A stretch of DNA of 64,000 nucleotides from Marsupella aquatica (Eukaryota > Plantae > Marchantiophyta), in contig OZ316893.1 of assembly GCA_973895155.1 (NCBI GenBank), positions 2,316,420 through 2,380,419 of the forward strand. The letters are read 5' to 3'. Position numbers and translations under genes: made by a program. The notes below the pieces were generated by a model. It ran no database searches, was not told where the DNA came from, and worked only from the letters and a program-made list of their open reading frames with translations. This document shows, one piece after another, positions 1-12,280 of the stretch. Positions within the stretch are counted from its first letter, which is position 1; the number at the start of each line of letters is the position of its first letter.

Positions 1-302
1 AAGCTCCTTTGAGTAGTCCTTACGCAAACCAAGTATATGTTAGTTTTGAGTCCGCACGTTTCAATCAATTTGGGACAGTGCCCAACGTTCATGTCATGCA
101 CACAAGATCTCTGCCTATAATTGCCAACTTTCGATTCGTGTTGAAAGGAAAATTTAAGTTGCCACAAAATGAACGACGCATTCATCCATCATGTAGTCCT
201 GACAACACCAAAAATACTTGACATTTTCTTGTTTCTCAACATTTCTTGGCCAGTCCTGCTAACTTCTTTGTCATTTTAATGGTCGGACGCTATCAAACAA
301 AC

Positions 303-647
303 TGTTGAGCATAGACGACGATCGCAACGGCAAGCCCATGAACCATCCAACGCACAATAGTCGACACAGAGAGATATGTGGTTCACCTCCACATGAAGCT
401 ACGTCCACGGGAACACACAAGAACTTTACTGCACTCTAGGCCGACCGGCCATACCAAGCATGCACAGCACAAGCTCTCCCTATCTCTCAACTGGCTCCGT
501 AACAATGAGTCTGAGTTCCACCTCTCCAAGCAAACATCGCTTGGTTATAGAGTGTGCACAACATGACTAACCTAACCAAATATGCGATTAAGGTTAGTCT
601 TAATTACGGTATATTCGTAACTCTAGACCTAAGAGTAAATCTTAACA
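303..647 (-). repeat. 3' LTR of copia element 1
   Basis: TGTTGAGC...CTTAACA on +, adjacent to the PPT; about 20 mismatches to 5764-6108 by manual alignment. Confidence 0.97.
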
Positions 648-838
648 ATCTCCTCCTTGACTCTGGTCTAGGGGAGGGTAAAGACTGCTACCAATATGAC
701 TGCTCAACGGGAAGTTCTGGAAAGGAAAACCAAACCGGTTTTTCCCTCTTTATACGAGAGTAGACCAAAACTAAGCCGTAGCCTATACAAGGAATAAGCA
801 AGAGCATATCTCAGTATCTACACAAATATTAAGTAACC

Positions 839-3800
839 CTACTTGTGAGGCAATTGCAAAACCTGCAACACATCACGGTGTCTAGAAAAACTCTCCAAAG
901 GAATCACTTTGGTAAAAGCGTAAGCCGGGTTGAGTTTACCGTCAATCCTGACTAGCTCAAACATATTATCAGACACAGCCTGCCTGATAAAATGGTACCT
1001 AACGTCGATGTGCTTCACTCTGCTGTCCATCACCTGGTTCACAGCAAGGTGGAGTGCACTTTGACTATCACAATGGAGGTTCACATTCCCCTTGTGGCAA
1101 TCCCATCTCAGTGATAAGTCTATCCAACCAAATCGCTTCCTTTGCTGTTTTCGCTGTTGCAACATACTCCGCTTCTGTAGTAGACTGAGCAATACACTTA
1201 TGCAAAGTAGACCTCCAACTTATGCATCCACCTCCAAGTGTGAACACATAACCTGTTGTTGACCTCCTCCGATCCAGATCCTGTGCATAGTCAGCATCTA
1301 CATAGCCCATCAATGATCTAGCATTATCAGCATGTGCATCAAACAATAGACCATGATTCACGGTACCCTTCAAATACCGAATAATCCACTTCACTACTTT
1401 CCAGTGTACTTTCCCTGGATTCGACATGTACCTGCTCACCTTGCCCATAGCCATGGCAAGATCAGGTCTAGTGCAAGTCATCAAATACATGAGACTCCCC
1501 ACTGCCTTGTCATACGGGACCTTTGACATCAACCCCTTCTCTGTGTCATCTGTAGGACAGAATGCTAATGATAACTTGAAATGTGGAGCCAACGGGGTAC
1601 TTACTGGCTTGCTATTCCCCATGTTGAACCTTGCAATTACCTTCCTCGCATAATTGCTCTGTGTCAACCATAGTTTGCCAGTCTCCAAGTCCCTAGTGAT
1701 CTCCATACCCAAAATCCTCTTAGCTGGCCCTAGTCCTTCATCTTAAACTCTGCACTAAACAGTGCCTTGAGCTTAACAATCTCAGACCTATCCTTGGCTG
1801 CAATTAGCATGTCATCCACATAAAATACTAAAACAATGAACCCAAAGATAACATTCTTCACCGGTTTAAGATACACACATGGGTCAAACACACTCCTGTG
1901 AAAGCCTTGTGCACGAATCCAATCATCAAACCGCTTATTCCACTGTCTTGGTGACTGCTTCAACCCGTACAAGGATCTCAGCAATCTGCAAACCAAATCC
2001 TCTTGCCTTTTCTTCACAAAACCTAGCGGCTGTCTCATGAAGATCACCTCTTCCAAGGTGCCATAGAGGAAAGCTGTGACAACATCCATCTGATCTAGTA
2101 GCAGACCAAACATAACAACAAGCACACACAATAGCCGTATTGTTGAGTACTTAGCAACTGGTGAGAAGACCTCATTGTAAATCCTTTTTCCTGTGTGAAT
2201 CCCTTGGCTACCAACCTAGCCTTGTAGACCTTCGATCCACCTCCTATGGACTGATCCTTCAGCTTGTATATCCATTTTGTTGTCCACCACTTGCTGTCCC
2301 TTAGGCAGCTTGACAAGCTCCCAAGTTTTGTTGTCCTTCAGTGACTGCATCTTCGTTTGCATTGTTGTAGTCCACTCCTGCTTCTCCTTTGAAGCACTTG
2401 CTTCATGAAATGAAGAAGGTGTGAACCTTCCAAAATCAACACATCACCCTCATCGTCAGTAACAAAATCTTCCTCTTGCAACTGAGATGAATCAACCCAC
2501 TGTCCATACCTTGGTGGAGCGCGTACAGTGCGACCAGATGCTCTTCTAGCCGATGACTCCGGTTGATCTGCGTGTGCTGGTACAATTTGAAGCTCAGCAG
2601 CATCAACAAACTTCCCTGGTTCCTCTGGCACAGGAACCAGCTCCATAATTGGAGCAACTCCTTCTCTCCGATCATGCACCTCATAACCAATCTCCCCCTC
2701 AACGAGATCCGAGATAGAAGATTTTCCTTTGTCAGTACGAGAGACCTGAGTATTCTCCCCTTCCTTCAATAATCTGGATTCATTGAAGGAAACATCCCTA
2801 CTGACAACGAGCTTATAGGCAATAGGATCCCATAGCCTATAGGCTTTCACACCACTCTGGTACCCAAGAAAAATACATTTCTTGGAGGTAGGATCCAACT
2901 TGGTCCTATTCTGCTTCGGTGTGAGAGCATATGCATCACTTCCAAAAACTACCAAGCCATGATAGTCTGCTTGCCGCTTATAGCGCATCTCAAACGGCGT
3001 TTTGAAATTAATAGCACTAGAAGGAGAAAGATTTACCAAATAAGCTGCGATATTGACAGCTTTTGCCCAAAATTCTTGTGGTAAACCTGATTGGCTCAAC
3101 ATACTTCGTGACCGCTCCAATAGTGTCTGATTGAGCCTCTCAGCGACACCATTCTGCTGTAGAGTATAAACTGTGGTGAGATGGCGAGTTATCCCCTGTT
3201 CTGAATAGTACTCTTCAAATTCTATTGAATTTACTCCCCGCCGTTGTCTGACCTCAGACTCTTCACCCTTGTATCCAAACACTTGGCCGTATTTCCAGTC
3301 TGATTTTCCACCTGGGCCTTCCACTTCTTAAAAATGGACAAGACATCAGACTTATGCGTCATGAAATAAATCCACACAAATCTTGAGTAATCGTCAATAA
3401 ATGATACATAGTACAACTTTCCAGAGTGTGAGGGAGTCGGGGATGGACCCCATACGTCACTATGTATGTACTCAAGAACCGCTTTGGAACAATGAGTTCC
3501 AACACCAAAAGCATGACGATGCTGCTTTCCAAGAATGCAATGCTCACAGAACTCTAATTTACAAGATTGCAAATAAGAAATGATTCCATTCTTCCGTAAG
3601 ATAGCCAAACCCTTCTCACTCATGTGGCCTAGCCGTGAATGCCACAGTTGAGTCATCTCCTCGTGAGACTTGGTTACATTGGCCTCTCCACATACAGTAT
3701 TGCCCTGTAACACATACAAATTCTTTTGTCTGCTCCCCTTCAAAATCAGTGTCTCCCGACCTGACTTGAAGTTCACCATCAATAACACTCCATTGATGAC

Positions 3801-5093
3801 CATTTGAATCCAACACACCGAGTGAAATCAGATTCTTATGCATGCTAGGTACATACCTGACTCCGGACACTGTGCGCACAGCGCCATCAAACATTTGAAT
3901 CTTCACAGACCCAATTCCCTCAATTTGACAGGAGTGATCATTTCCCATCAGAACTGAACCGTTTGAAACAGAGTAAGAACTGAAAAACTCACGAATGTAA
4001 CAAATATGAAAAGAGCAAGCACAATCAAGAATCCACACATCATCTGCTCTCCTAGATGACGTGCATAGGGCATACCCCCGGCTTCATAAAACATACTCAT
4101 CATTGAGTAAATCAACTTCTCCATCAGCCCTAGCCACATTTGCCAATGAAGTTTCCGTTGCCTTTCCCTTACAGTCTCGCTTGAAGTGTCCAACTTGGTT
4201 GCACTTCCAACATGTCACCTGCCTCCTCTGAGGGGATTTACCCCTGGACTTAGATCTGGATTAGATCTAAATTGGGTTCTACGGTCCCCAGTTGGTCGTT
4301 GCATACTCCTCCCACGGTTAACATTGAGGGCAACACCAGATGATGAAGGCTGTGACGTGATGTGCATCTTCTGCTGAAGATCATCACTAAGCAGAGAACT
4401 TATCACGTCATTGTATGAAATAGTATCCCTATCACAATGCAACAACACTCGTGATAGGGACTGGTAAGATGGAGACAATGAACTAAGAAGCTACAAAGCC
4501 TTCGTCTCATCATTCAAAGTCTCCCCAAGGTTTTCCAAGTCAATGACCATGTCGTTGAAAGCATCCACATGGTCTTGCAACTTCGTACCGGATTCTTTCA
4601 TCCTGAAACTCATCAGTTTGTAGGAAGTGTAGAGCCGGTTCGACAACTCCTTGCGCTGATACTTGCTCTGCAATTCTGCAAACAAGGACATGCAATCTTT
4701 ATGTGCACCCAACTGCTTGATGATGGGAGGCATGAGATAGAGTGTAACACACCACACTCCCTGCTCCTACATGCGGTCCCATTGTTTCTCATCAACATCG
4801 TCTTCACGAGGGCTCAGCAGTTGGCCCATCCCTGACGCATAGAGCACTCCCTTCACCTGCTTCTCCCATAGCAAGTAGTCAGAGCGCCCATGATACTTTG
4901 TCACTTCATACTTGGGTCCCCCAAACTTGAAAGTCCCCATCTTCTTCTTTGGTACTACCGTGAGCTCCGGTAGTAGTACTACTTCCTCCACCACACGCAG
5001 CACCGGTGATGGTATCGGTGTCACGTGCTCTTCTTCCTGCTCCTCTCTCTGCCCCTCAAACCGCCGCGGTGATCCTCGTGCTTCAAGTTCCAA
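839..5093 (-). pseudogene. Fragmented copia gag-pol polyprotein
   Basis: About ten consecutive minus-strand ORF pieces (4767-5093, 4491-4757, 4215-4478, 3616-4038, 3231-3818, 2338-3324, 2095-2316, 1730-2131, 1068-1712, 839-1192) separated by stops and frameshifts. Confidence 0.95.
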
Positions 5094-5763
5094 GTCTTGT
5101 CAACAACGAATGTTGATGAATTGCACTTGGTGCCGTCACCAAGTCCAACAAGGTAATTGATTTTGCTTAGCCTTCCTCTTCGCATCAAAGAGCCAATCCC
5201 GAACTCAAAATAATCATCTTGCGTCAATCTCTCCGTTGAGTCAAAACACTTGACGCTTCTCCCTCCGAGTCGATTGTCACGACAAGAAACCCCGATCAGG
5301 CAAAAGAGGACTCCATAGCCGGTCAGAAAATCAGAATGCTTCTTTTGCTCGTCCCGTCGCACACGGTACACACTTGGTAACAAATCAGCTACCAAAACAA
5401 ACAGCTCATCCCGATCTACAAGCAGAGCTACAACATGCAATGCCTCCTTCGCCGTAGAGCTCAAACCGTCGAGAAAACAAACTCTGGTCCCTCCTCCGAA
5501 AAACCATCGAACACGAATGTTGCCAAATTTTTTCACAAAATCCAGAACGATAAAAACTTAGATCTCTCTGCACCACGAGCTCCGTTCAGCGATTTCTTCA
5601 CACTGTTAGAAAACTCTTGCCCCGATCTATCCGTTGAGCCCATAAACTCCAAGTTCCATGCGACGGAACTCCAGGAAATCCACCGACACTCAACACTGGA
5701 AAAAACCGTCACAAAATCCTGTCACGAACACACGTCACCTCCCAGGCATGCTCTGATACCAAT

Positions 5764-6108
5764 TGTTGAGCATAGACGACGATCGCAACGGCAAGCCCAT
5801 GAACCATCCAACGCACAATAGTCGACACAGAGAGATACGTGGTTCACCTCCACATGAGACTACGTCCACGGGAACACACAAGAGCTTTATTGCACTCTAG
5901 GCCGACCGACTATACCAAGCATCCACAGCACAAGCTCTCCCTATCTCTCAACTGGCTTCGTAACAATGAGCCTGAGTTCCACCTCTCCAAGCAAACACCG
6001 TTTGATTATAGAGTGTGCACAACATGACTAACCTAACCAAGTCTGCGACTAAGGTTAGTCTTAACTACGGTACATTCGTAACTCTAGACCTAAAAGTAAA
6101 TCCTAACA
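5764..6108 (-). repeat. 5' LTR of copia element 1
   Basis: Direct repeat of 303-647, adjacent to the PBS at 5750-5761. Confidence 0.97.
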
Positions 6109-6209
6109 CAAACTACCTGCAACCAATTGCATGCAGAGGAATCTTTAGTTGGATGCTTTCAAGATGTTCAGCTCACAATCCAAGATCTGTCGGACAGTCC
6201 CGAAAGGTC

Positions 6210-7700
6210 TTAGTCCACTCCAAAGGTATTCCTAATAATTTTGGCAAGGTATTTGTAAGGTCCAGTCTGCGTCCTTACAAGTACACCACGAGCTCGCTTT
6301 CTCATGCAAAATGAGCATCGACAGGACCGAGATGTCAAAATAAGGAACATACAAAAGTCAAAAGATGTTGTGGACTTTGAAACATACATTTCATCAAAGT
6401 TGTTAGGACAGAGGTCAGGTTTAGAGTCGAGTTTGAAAGAGCATTGTACTTTCTCCCACGCGATTATCCTTTCCCTCTCACCAAACTCGATGCTACGGAA
6501 AACGCATGTTTCGCTTCTTTGGGAATCGGTGTGCAGCATCGTTAGCAGCTCATTCTCCACAGCCACGGTCACCAACGAAGCTTCCGTATAAGAAAGTGAA
6601 TGCCGAGGTAAACTAACAAAATGCCTTCGTTTCCATGAATTTTTATCGACATCGTAGACAACAATGCCATTCATATACATCACATGGAGCTTCCCTTGCG
6701 TTTTGAACACACTGTCCCGGAAGAGCACAAAATTCTGAACCCTTCTCCACTCGTCCTTGCCTGGATGATACACGTCTAGAAAATTTGCTGCCTGAGACCT
6801 GTAACCTGGTTCATTATCATCATCGTTTTCTTCATCGTCAACATCGTCCCCGTCAAAGTCGTTTTTCATCAATATGATCGCTGACACCATCGACACCGTT
6901 ATCGGTAAATTCGAAATCCATCTTCCTTGTCCAATAACTCGGATCAAGAAGTATCCTTCCGCCGTGAATGAAAAGCTCCTCGCCCATAGTTGTAACACCG
7001 TGATCGAATCTCAAGAATATCTTAGACCTGATCGACTGCCAAGTATCAAACTTCGGGTCATAAACTTCTGACACCAAAATAGGTCCATTCTCCTGAGAAC
7101 TACCCCCCAATGCGTAAATATTACCATCTACCACGCCAACCCCAAAATCTTCCCTTTCGTAATGCATACTTTCACATTCTTCCCACAGACCATGCGCAGC
7201 TATATCCATCACATACACTTCGTTACTCGAGAACGAATTGTCCAACTGTCCTCCCAAGATATACACTTTACCGTCTAGAGAAATGCATCCGCAAGCCCAT
7301 GGGATTCCTGTCTCGAGATGGGGGATTTGAGAAAGCCGATAAAAAGCGTTTTCTCTCCCGGAATAAAGACCCAGTGCACAACACCCGACGTCTCCCACTT
7401 GAAAATTATTGATCACAACCAGTGTCTCTATTGAATGAGACCGAATTCTGGCATCATAGACCTTCCGGCTCCGAATTGCTTGCTTCTAGCCACGGCTCAC
7501 TGATGAGAGGGTGTAAAAAGTCCTCCATGGCAGCTTAGGAGAAATGTGATCGAGTGTGACCTCATCCGGGATGCCCGGAAGGAGATGCTGGCCCTGGTCT
7601 ACCTCCTCAAAGCCCTGGAATTCATCGTTGGTCTGCGTCCTGACAGGAGCTAGCTAGGACCCTCGGCTGGAACCAATATGAGTCATAAGTTCCTCCATAT
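6210..7700 (-). pseudogene. F-box/kelch-repeat protein pseudogene (intronless)
   Basis: F-box LLPGIPDEVTLDHISPKLPW at ~7520-7590, then an in-frame TAG at 7486-7488 (likely TGG>TAG). Kelch motifs follow (SLDGKVYILGG, GVVDGNIYALGG, SEVYDPKFDTW). A frameshift separates ORFs 6853-7416 and 6210-6998. Ends are approximate. Confidence 0.85.
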
Positions 7701-9329
7701 TCAGGGTTCAGAGTTTCTGTCATTACCCATCTGACCCCGTCTCCGATTGTGCTTAGAAGAACTCAAATCTCCATCTCATCAGGTCTGGTGACAGTTCTGA
7801 GACCTCCAAGCTCTCCAGGCAGCGCTCTCTACAGGACTAGCTGGAACAAAGATGAGCCATCAAATCCTCCATATTCAGGGCTCAGAGGTGCAATTCCTGT
7901 AATTTCTCCCCTGTCTTCCTCTCCTCCGTCATTAATAATCTGACCACCGTCACCCATTGCAACCAAGAAACCTCATATCTTCTCCCACTGTGGTGCTCTG
8001 GTGTCATTCCTGGGTGTCCTTTCGAGGGGTTAGCCTTTGCTGTTGGTCCTCAGTGTTCACTTTAGTATCAACACTAAAGTATGAATACATCTCAATGACA
8101 TTCTCGTGTAGGAATGAAACTCCATACAGAAATGGTCTTGCTTGGAGGTTTTTGGGGCTCTTCACCTTATCTTTGATTATTTCCCATAGGACCTTTGATT
8201 ATTTCCCATAGGGCTTGTACAGTGTTTTGTGCAGAGCGGAGTCCTTATCCACCAGATTTGATCTTCACTGGTTTTTTGGGGTTAGACATGCACTATTCTT
8301 TGTAAAATGAGACGATTGGGTTTAGGGGCCTCTAGTCAAATTTCTTCTCATGACCCCCTATGCAATTTACTCTCAAATTCTGCCACTCAGCAAAATTTTT
8401 AGTAAGATTGAGCAAAATTAGCTCAATAAGATTTTAGTATTTTTGCCATTTTTGGGGACTCTTTGGCTTTTGGCTTTTGGTTCTTTGGTCTTTCCTTTGT
8501 TCTCACCCCTTTATTGAGTCTCCTGCCCTTGATGTCCTGTCTCGCAATATTGGAGCTTTTTATTGATTGGCAGAGTATACTCTGTCTCCTACTATGGAGC
8601 TTTTGTTGTTTGGTAGAGTAGGACTATTTTTGTGTGCCATAGCTCATGACATTTTTGAATTAGATGTGTACCATTAGTTCACCACACTATTGAAATGCAC
8701 TGGTAGTTTTTTCCCCCTTTTTCTATTTCCTCTTTCTAGATTTTTCATGTTTGCATTTGCCTCTTCTCTAGTACACTTCGTTAGTGTTTGTCCCTTTTGG
8801 ACCTCTTTTGCTTTCCCTTTAGTGTTTTAAGAGAGAAACCATAATTTATATGGAAGGGAAGAAACAAAGTACAATGAAGGGAAACCAAAAAAGATCCAAG
8901 AGGACAAGCACCAAACATAAATAATAGCCAAATGCAACCGGAAAATCAAAAAGAAGAAGTAAAGAAAAGGGGGAAATTGTTATCACTTCCCCAGTGAATT
9001 GGACAAGAGGTCTACAGCTAAAGCAAATGTCGCTAATGGTCCACACCCACACTAGTATCGTAACTAAATTTGCAAGAGTGACAGGAATATACTCTAGGGG
9101 GGACACGAGCATTGTAACTAAATTTCCAAGAGTGACAGAAATATACTCTAGGGCGGCTTGAGTGCCCTTTGTTTGGCCCTTTTTTTTGGTAAAGTATGAC
9201 CACTTTACATATGTTTTCTCTTTGCCACTATTATATCTAACCTCCTGCAGCTACTCAACCAAGAAAAACATTTTAAATTGGAGTGACCCTGGAAAAGTAG
9301 ATTCACAGATCGGAGTGTCCACAATGGCT

Positions 9330-9990
9330 CAGCGTTGCAGGTCTGTAGAGAGCCATCAGCTCCATCGACAAAGGTATAAGCTGAACCTGAACTCCATTCA
9401 GATTGCAAGACTTTCATTTACAGTAGAGGTTTCCCATGTGGATGCAGCTTGATCGCTATAGTGCAGAACAATTCCCTAGCCTGTTTGTTTTTGCTACTGT
9501 AGTGGAGCCAAACCCTGGACCCAAAGCTTGAAGGGACCTTTGAAAGAACCTTTGGAATGCTGAGCCAAGTCTGTAAAGAGTCATCGGTTCCATCGACAAA
9601 GGTATGAGCTGAGCTGAAAGATGTATCGGGAAACTCCATTCAGATTGCAAATACTTTCATGTATAGTAGAGGTTTCCCATCTGGATGCAGCTTGATCGCC
9701 CGAGTGCAGGCCTATTCCACAGCCTGCTTGTTTTGCAACTGTAGTGGAGCCAAACCCTTGACCCAAAGCTTGAAGGGACCTTTGGAGTGCTGAGCCAAGT
9801 CTCTAAAGAGTCATTAGCTCCATCGACAAAGGTGTCAGCTGAGCTGAAAGTTTTATCCGGAAATTCTTTTCAGATTGCAAGACTTTCGTAAGAGTAGAGC
9901 TTTCCCAACAGATCCAGCTTGATCGCCCGAGCGCAGACCTATGCCATAGCTTGTTTGTCTTTGCAACTGTAGTGGAGCATCCCCTTGATT
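9330..9990. repeat. ~230-240-bp tandem repeat (about 3 units) immediately upstream of P450 copy 1
   Basis: CCATCGACAAAGGT recurs at ~9362, ~9590 and ~9820; GCTTGATCGC recurs at ~9447, ~9690 and ~9918. Mirrored at ~31770-32430. Confidence 0.9.
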
Positions 9991-10044
9991 CAAAGCTCGA
10001 AGGGAACATTGGAAAAAGATTCACGCTCTTGGAGGTCCATCAGG

Positions 10045-11526
10045 ATGGGGATAACGATGACAACAGCTCTCATCGTGGGTTTCCTACCTCTCTTGTTATT
10101 GTTGTTGCGGAGCTTTTTGCTACCACCGGCCCCGAAATTGCCTCCTGGGCCACGGCCGCTGCCGATTGTGGGCAATTTGCTGTTGATTAGGAAGTATCCA
10201 TCTTTAAACGACTTCGCCAACGAAATGAAGCGCCAATACGGTCCGATAGTGAGTATCTGGATGGGCTCCACGCCTATGGTCATCATATCGGGGCCGGAAA
10301 TCATCCAGGAAGCCATGATCTCGCAGGGGAGCATTTTCAATGCACGCGGACGAAGCGAGTCCTTCCGCATTTTGACAGACGGCTACAGAATACTCGAAGG
10401 GGAGCGTCACCGGTTCGTCCGGAAGCTAATGGTCTCCGGCTTTCTGAGCAACAAGAGATTGGCGGAATTCAGACCCATCCGTGAGCAAGAAGTAGACTTC
10501 CTGGTCGAGAGGTTGAAGAAGCAACTTCGGGAAAACAGAGGAATTGTGTCGATTTTTCGTGAACTAATCCGTTTGACAGTCTGCAATTTGATTGTAGGCA
10601 ATCTCTTCGGGAGGAGATTGACTGCGGAGGAGTACGTGGACCTGGACGAGGTGATGGTCAAGCGCTTCCAAACAGCGGTGGGTGGACCGAGCGACTTCAT
10701 ACCGTTGCTAGCATGGCTTCCGAAGAGGACAGGGGCCGACTTCATGCTGGAATTGCGAAGGGATATCTCTCGAATCGTAGAGCCGCTGATTGAGGAGAGG
10801 AAGCAAGTCCTCAAGTCCGGGAACACGGGTCAAGGCACACTTGTGGATACCCTACTGGGGCTGCAAGAGGGCGAGATCCCAAGTCCAGTAGAAATTTTGG
10901 ATTCAGATGTGGTACTGATATGTATGGAAATTCTCAATGCCGGGACAGACACCACCGCACTAAATTTGGAGTACTGCATCGCCAATCTCATCAACCATCC
11001 GGAGATACAGGAGAAGTTAGCTCAAGAGATTTCTGCCGTTGTGGGCGAGAGGGTTGTGAATGAGGATGACATACCTCAGCTCCCTTACTTACGAGCGGTG
11101 GTCAAAGAGGTTCTACGGAGGCATAGTCCAACGCGATTGGCACCATCTCGGAGGGCGTTGTCCGCTACCAAGGTTGCAGGCTACGACATACCAGTGGACA
11201 CAATCGTTTTGCAGCATCTGGAGGCTGTGGCCTTGAGCTCTGAACTCTGGGAGGATCCTCTGGAGTTCAGGCCCGAGCGCTCTCTTAACAAGACAGTGGA
11301 TATCACTGGCTCCACCGAAATCACCATGATACCATTCGGAGTGGGTCGTCGAAACTGCCCAGCTGCCAACATCGCTTTTCTGCATGCAGAATTGATCCTG
11401 GCTCGTCTGATTCAAGCATTCCAGTGGAATCCTGTCACCCCTGGCCAGCTTCTGGACCTTTCCCCTGATGCTGGGCTCACTGCTCCCATGAAGTACCCCC
11501 TTGTTGCGTCTTTACAGGAGCGATAG
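10045..11526 (+). CDS. Cytochrome P450, CYP71 clan, CYP77/CYP89-like, intronless, 493 aa (copy 1)
   Basis: N-terminal TM anchor, proline hinge LPPGPRPLPIVGNL, I-helix AGTDTT, K-helix KEVLRRH, PERS (variant of PERF), heme motif FGVGRRNCPA. DITGSTEITMIPFG resembles CYP89/77. First ATG is at 10045; the ORF track start is a TTG. Confidence 0.95.
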   Translation: MGITMTTALIVGFLPLLLLLLRSFLLPPAPKLPPGPRPLPIVGNLLLIRKYPSLNDFANEMKRQYGPIVSIWMGSTPMVIISGPEIIQEAMISQGSIFNARGRSESFRILTDGYRILEGERHRFVRKLMVSGFLSNKRLAEFRPIREQEVDFLVERLKKQLRENRGIVSIFRELIRLTVCNLIVGNLFGRRLTAEEYVDLDEVMVKRFQTAVGGPSDFIPLLAWLPKRTGADFMLELRRDISRIVEPLIEERKQVLKSGNTGQGTLVDTLLGLQEGEIPSPVEILDSDVVLICMEILNAGTDTTALNLEYCIANLINHPEIQEKLAQEISAVVGERVVNEDDIPQLPYLRAVVKEVLRRHSPTRLAPSRRALSATKVAGYDIPVDTIVLQHLEAVALSSELWEDPLEFRPERSLNKTVDITGSTEITMIPFGVGRRNCPAANIAFLHAELILARLIQAFQWNPVTPGQLLDLSPDAGLTAPMKYPLVASLQER

Positions 11527-11536
11527 GTGGACTCAT

Positions 11537-11690
11537 GAATTTCTTAGTCTAGCGATGGATGGTCTCTTGAATTTCTTAGTGTAGCGATGGATGGTCTCTT
11601 GAATTTCTTTGCAGACTGCACAGAGCTTTCCATCTCAATGTCTTGAGGAATTTCTTAGTCTAGCGATGGATGGTCTCCTGAATTCCATTG
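11537..11690. repeat. ~32-bp repeat GAATTTCTTAGTCTAGCGATGGATGGTCTCTT (3 copies) in P450 3' region
   Basis: Directly visible copies at ~11538, ~11569 and ~11648; mirrored at ~30080-30230. Confidence 0.85.
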
Positions 11691-12019
11691 CAGACCATTC
11701 TCAATTCTCAATTCTCAATCTCAAATGAGATTTGAGAATTTCATTGCTTCCTATCTCAAATGTCTTGACAGCCTACTCGTGAAGAGTTTGCTTCCTGGCA
11801 TCAGCACAAGTGCTTAGATGTAAAGATGAGGAGGTTTGTAAGATGCACTAATTTTTGCCAAGTTTTAGGGAGTCGTGTACAGCCCTCCTGACATTCAGTG
11901 TGAATTTATGTGTAAAGGAAAGTGAGTCCTCCTGAAATTCAGTGTAAATTTGTATAAGTAAAGTCAGCTTTACTGTCTTACATGGCATCGTTGCCATAAA
12001 TAAATATTTGAGATTTGAT

Positions 12020-12280
12020 GGGCTATTATTGTCCATAATTTCGCTGTGTGAATTTGTGTATAAGTACTGTCTTACAATATTGCATTGTTGGTATAAATAA
12101 ATATTTGAGGGGTTATTATTGTCCATAATTTTGCTTGAATTTCTAGAGGCATTTTATAAGTAAATATTTAAGTTTTGAGAGGCTATTGTTGTCTATAATT
12201 CTCTAGTAAGAATATGGACTATTATTGTCCATAATTTTACTTGAGTTTTTAGAAACTATTAATATTGTCCATAATTCTCT
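12020..12280. repeat. Dispersed ATTATTGTCCATAATTT motif repeats
   Basis: About five copies; mirrored at ~29495-29745. Confidence 0.75.

Larger units (their letters stand above)
303..6108 (-). mobile_element. Full-length Ty1/copia LTR retrotransposon with decayed gag-pol
   Basis: Two 345-bp direct LTRs (303-647, 5764-6108), each TG...CA. 5-bp TSD CAAAC at 298-302 and 6109-6113. PBS TGGTATCAGAGC (rc of 5750-5761, Met-initiator tRNA type) and PPT (rc of 648-660). Internal order is gag, protease (WILDCACSFH), integrase (LWHSRLGH, YIHSDVWGP, RSDNGGE, QQNGVAER), RT (SLYGLKQSPRQW, YVDDML), RNaseH (GYVDADYAQD, KHIDVRYHF). Confidence 0.98.

Noticed and set aside
5435-6314. Plus-strand ORFs in the copia leader and LTRs (also 378-763 and 33109-33607)
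   Set aside because: They lie within LTR/PBS/leader sequence and show no protein motifs.
9985-10044. N-terminal 20-aa extension of the P450 ORFs in the track
   Set aside because: It starts at TTG inside the upstream repeat; the first ATG (10045 / 31718) directly precedes the membrane anchor.
9990-11415. Antisense ORFs over both P450 genes
   Set aside because: Shadow frames of the real CDS, duplicated only because the locus is duplicated.
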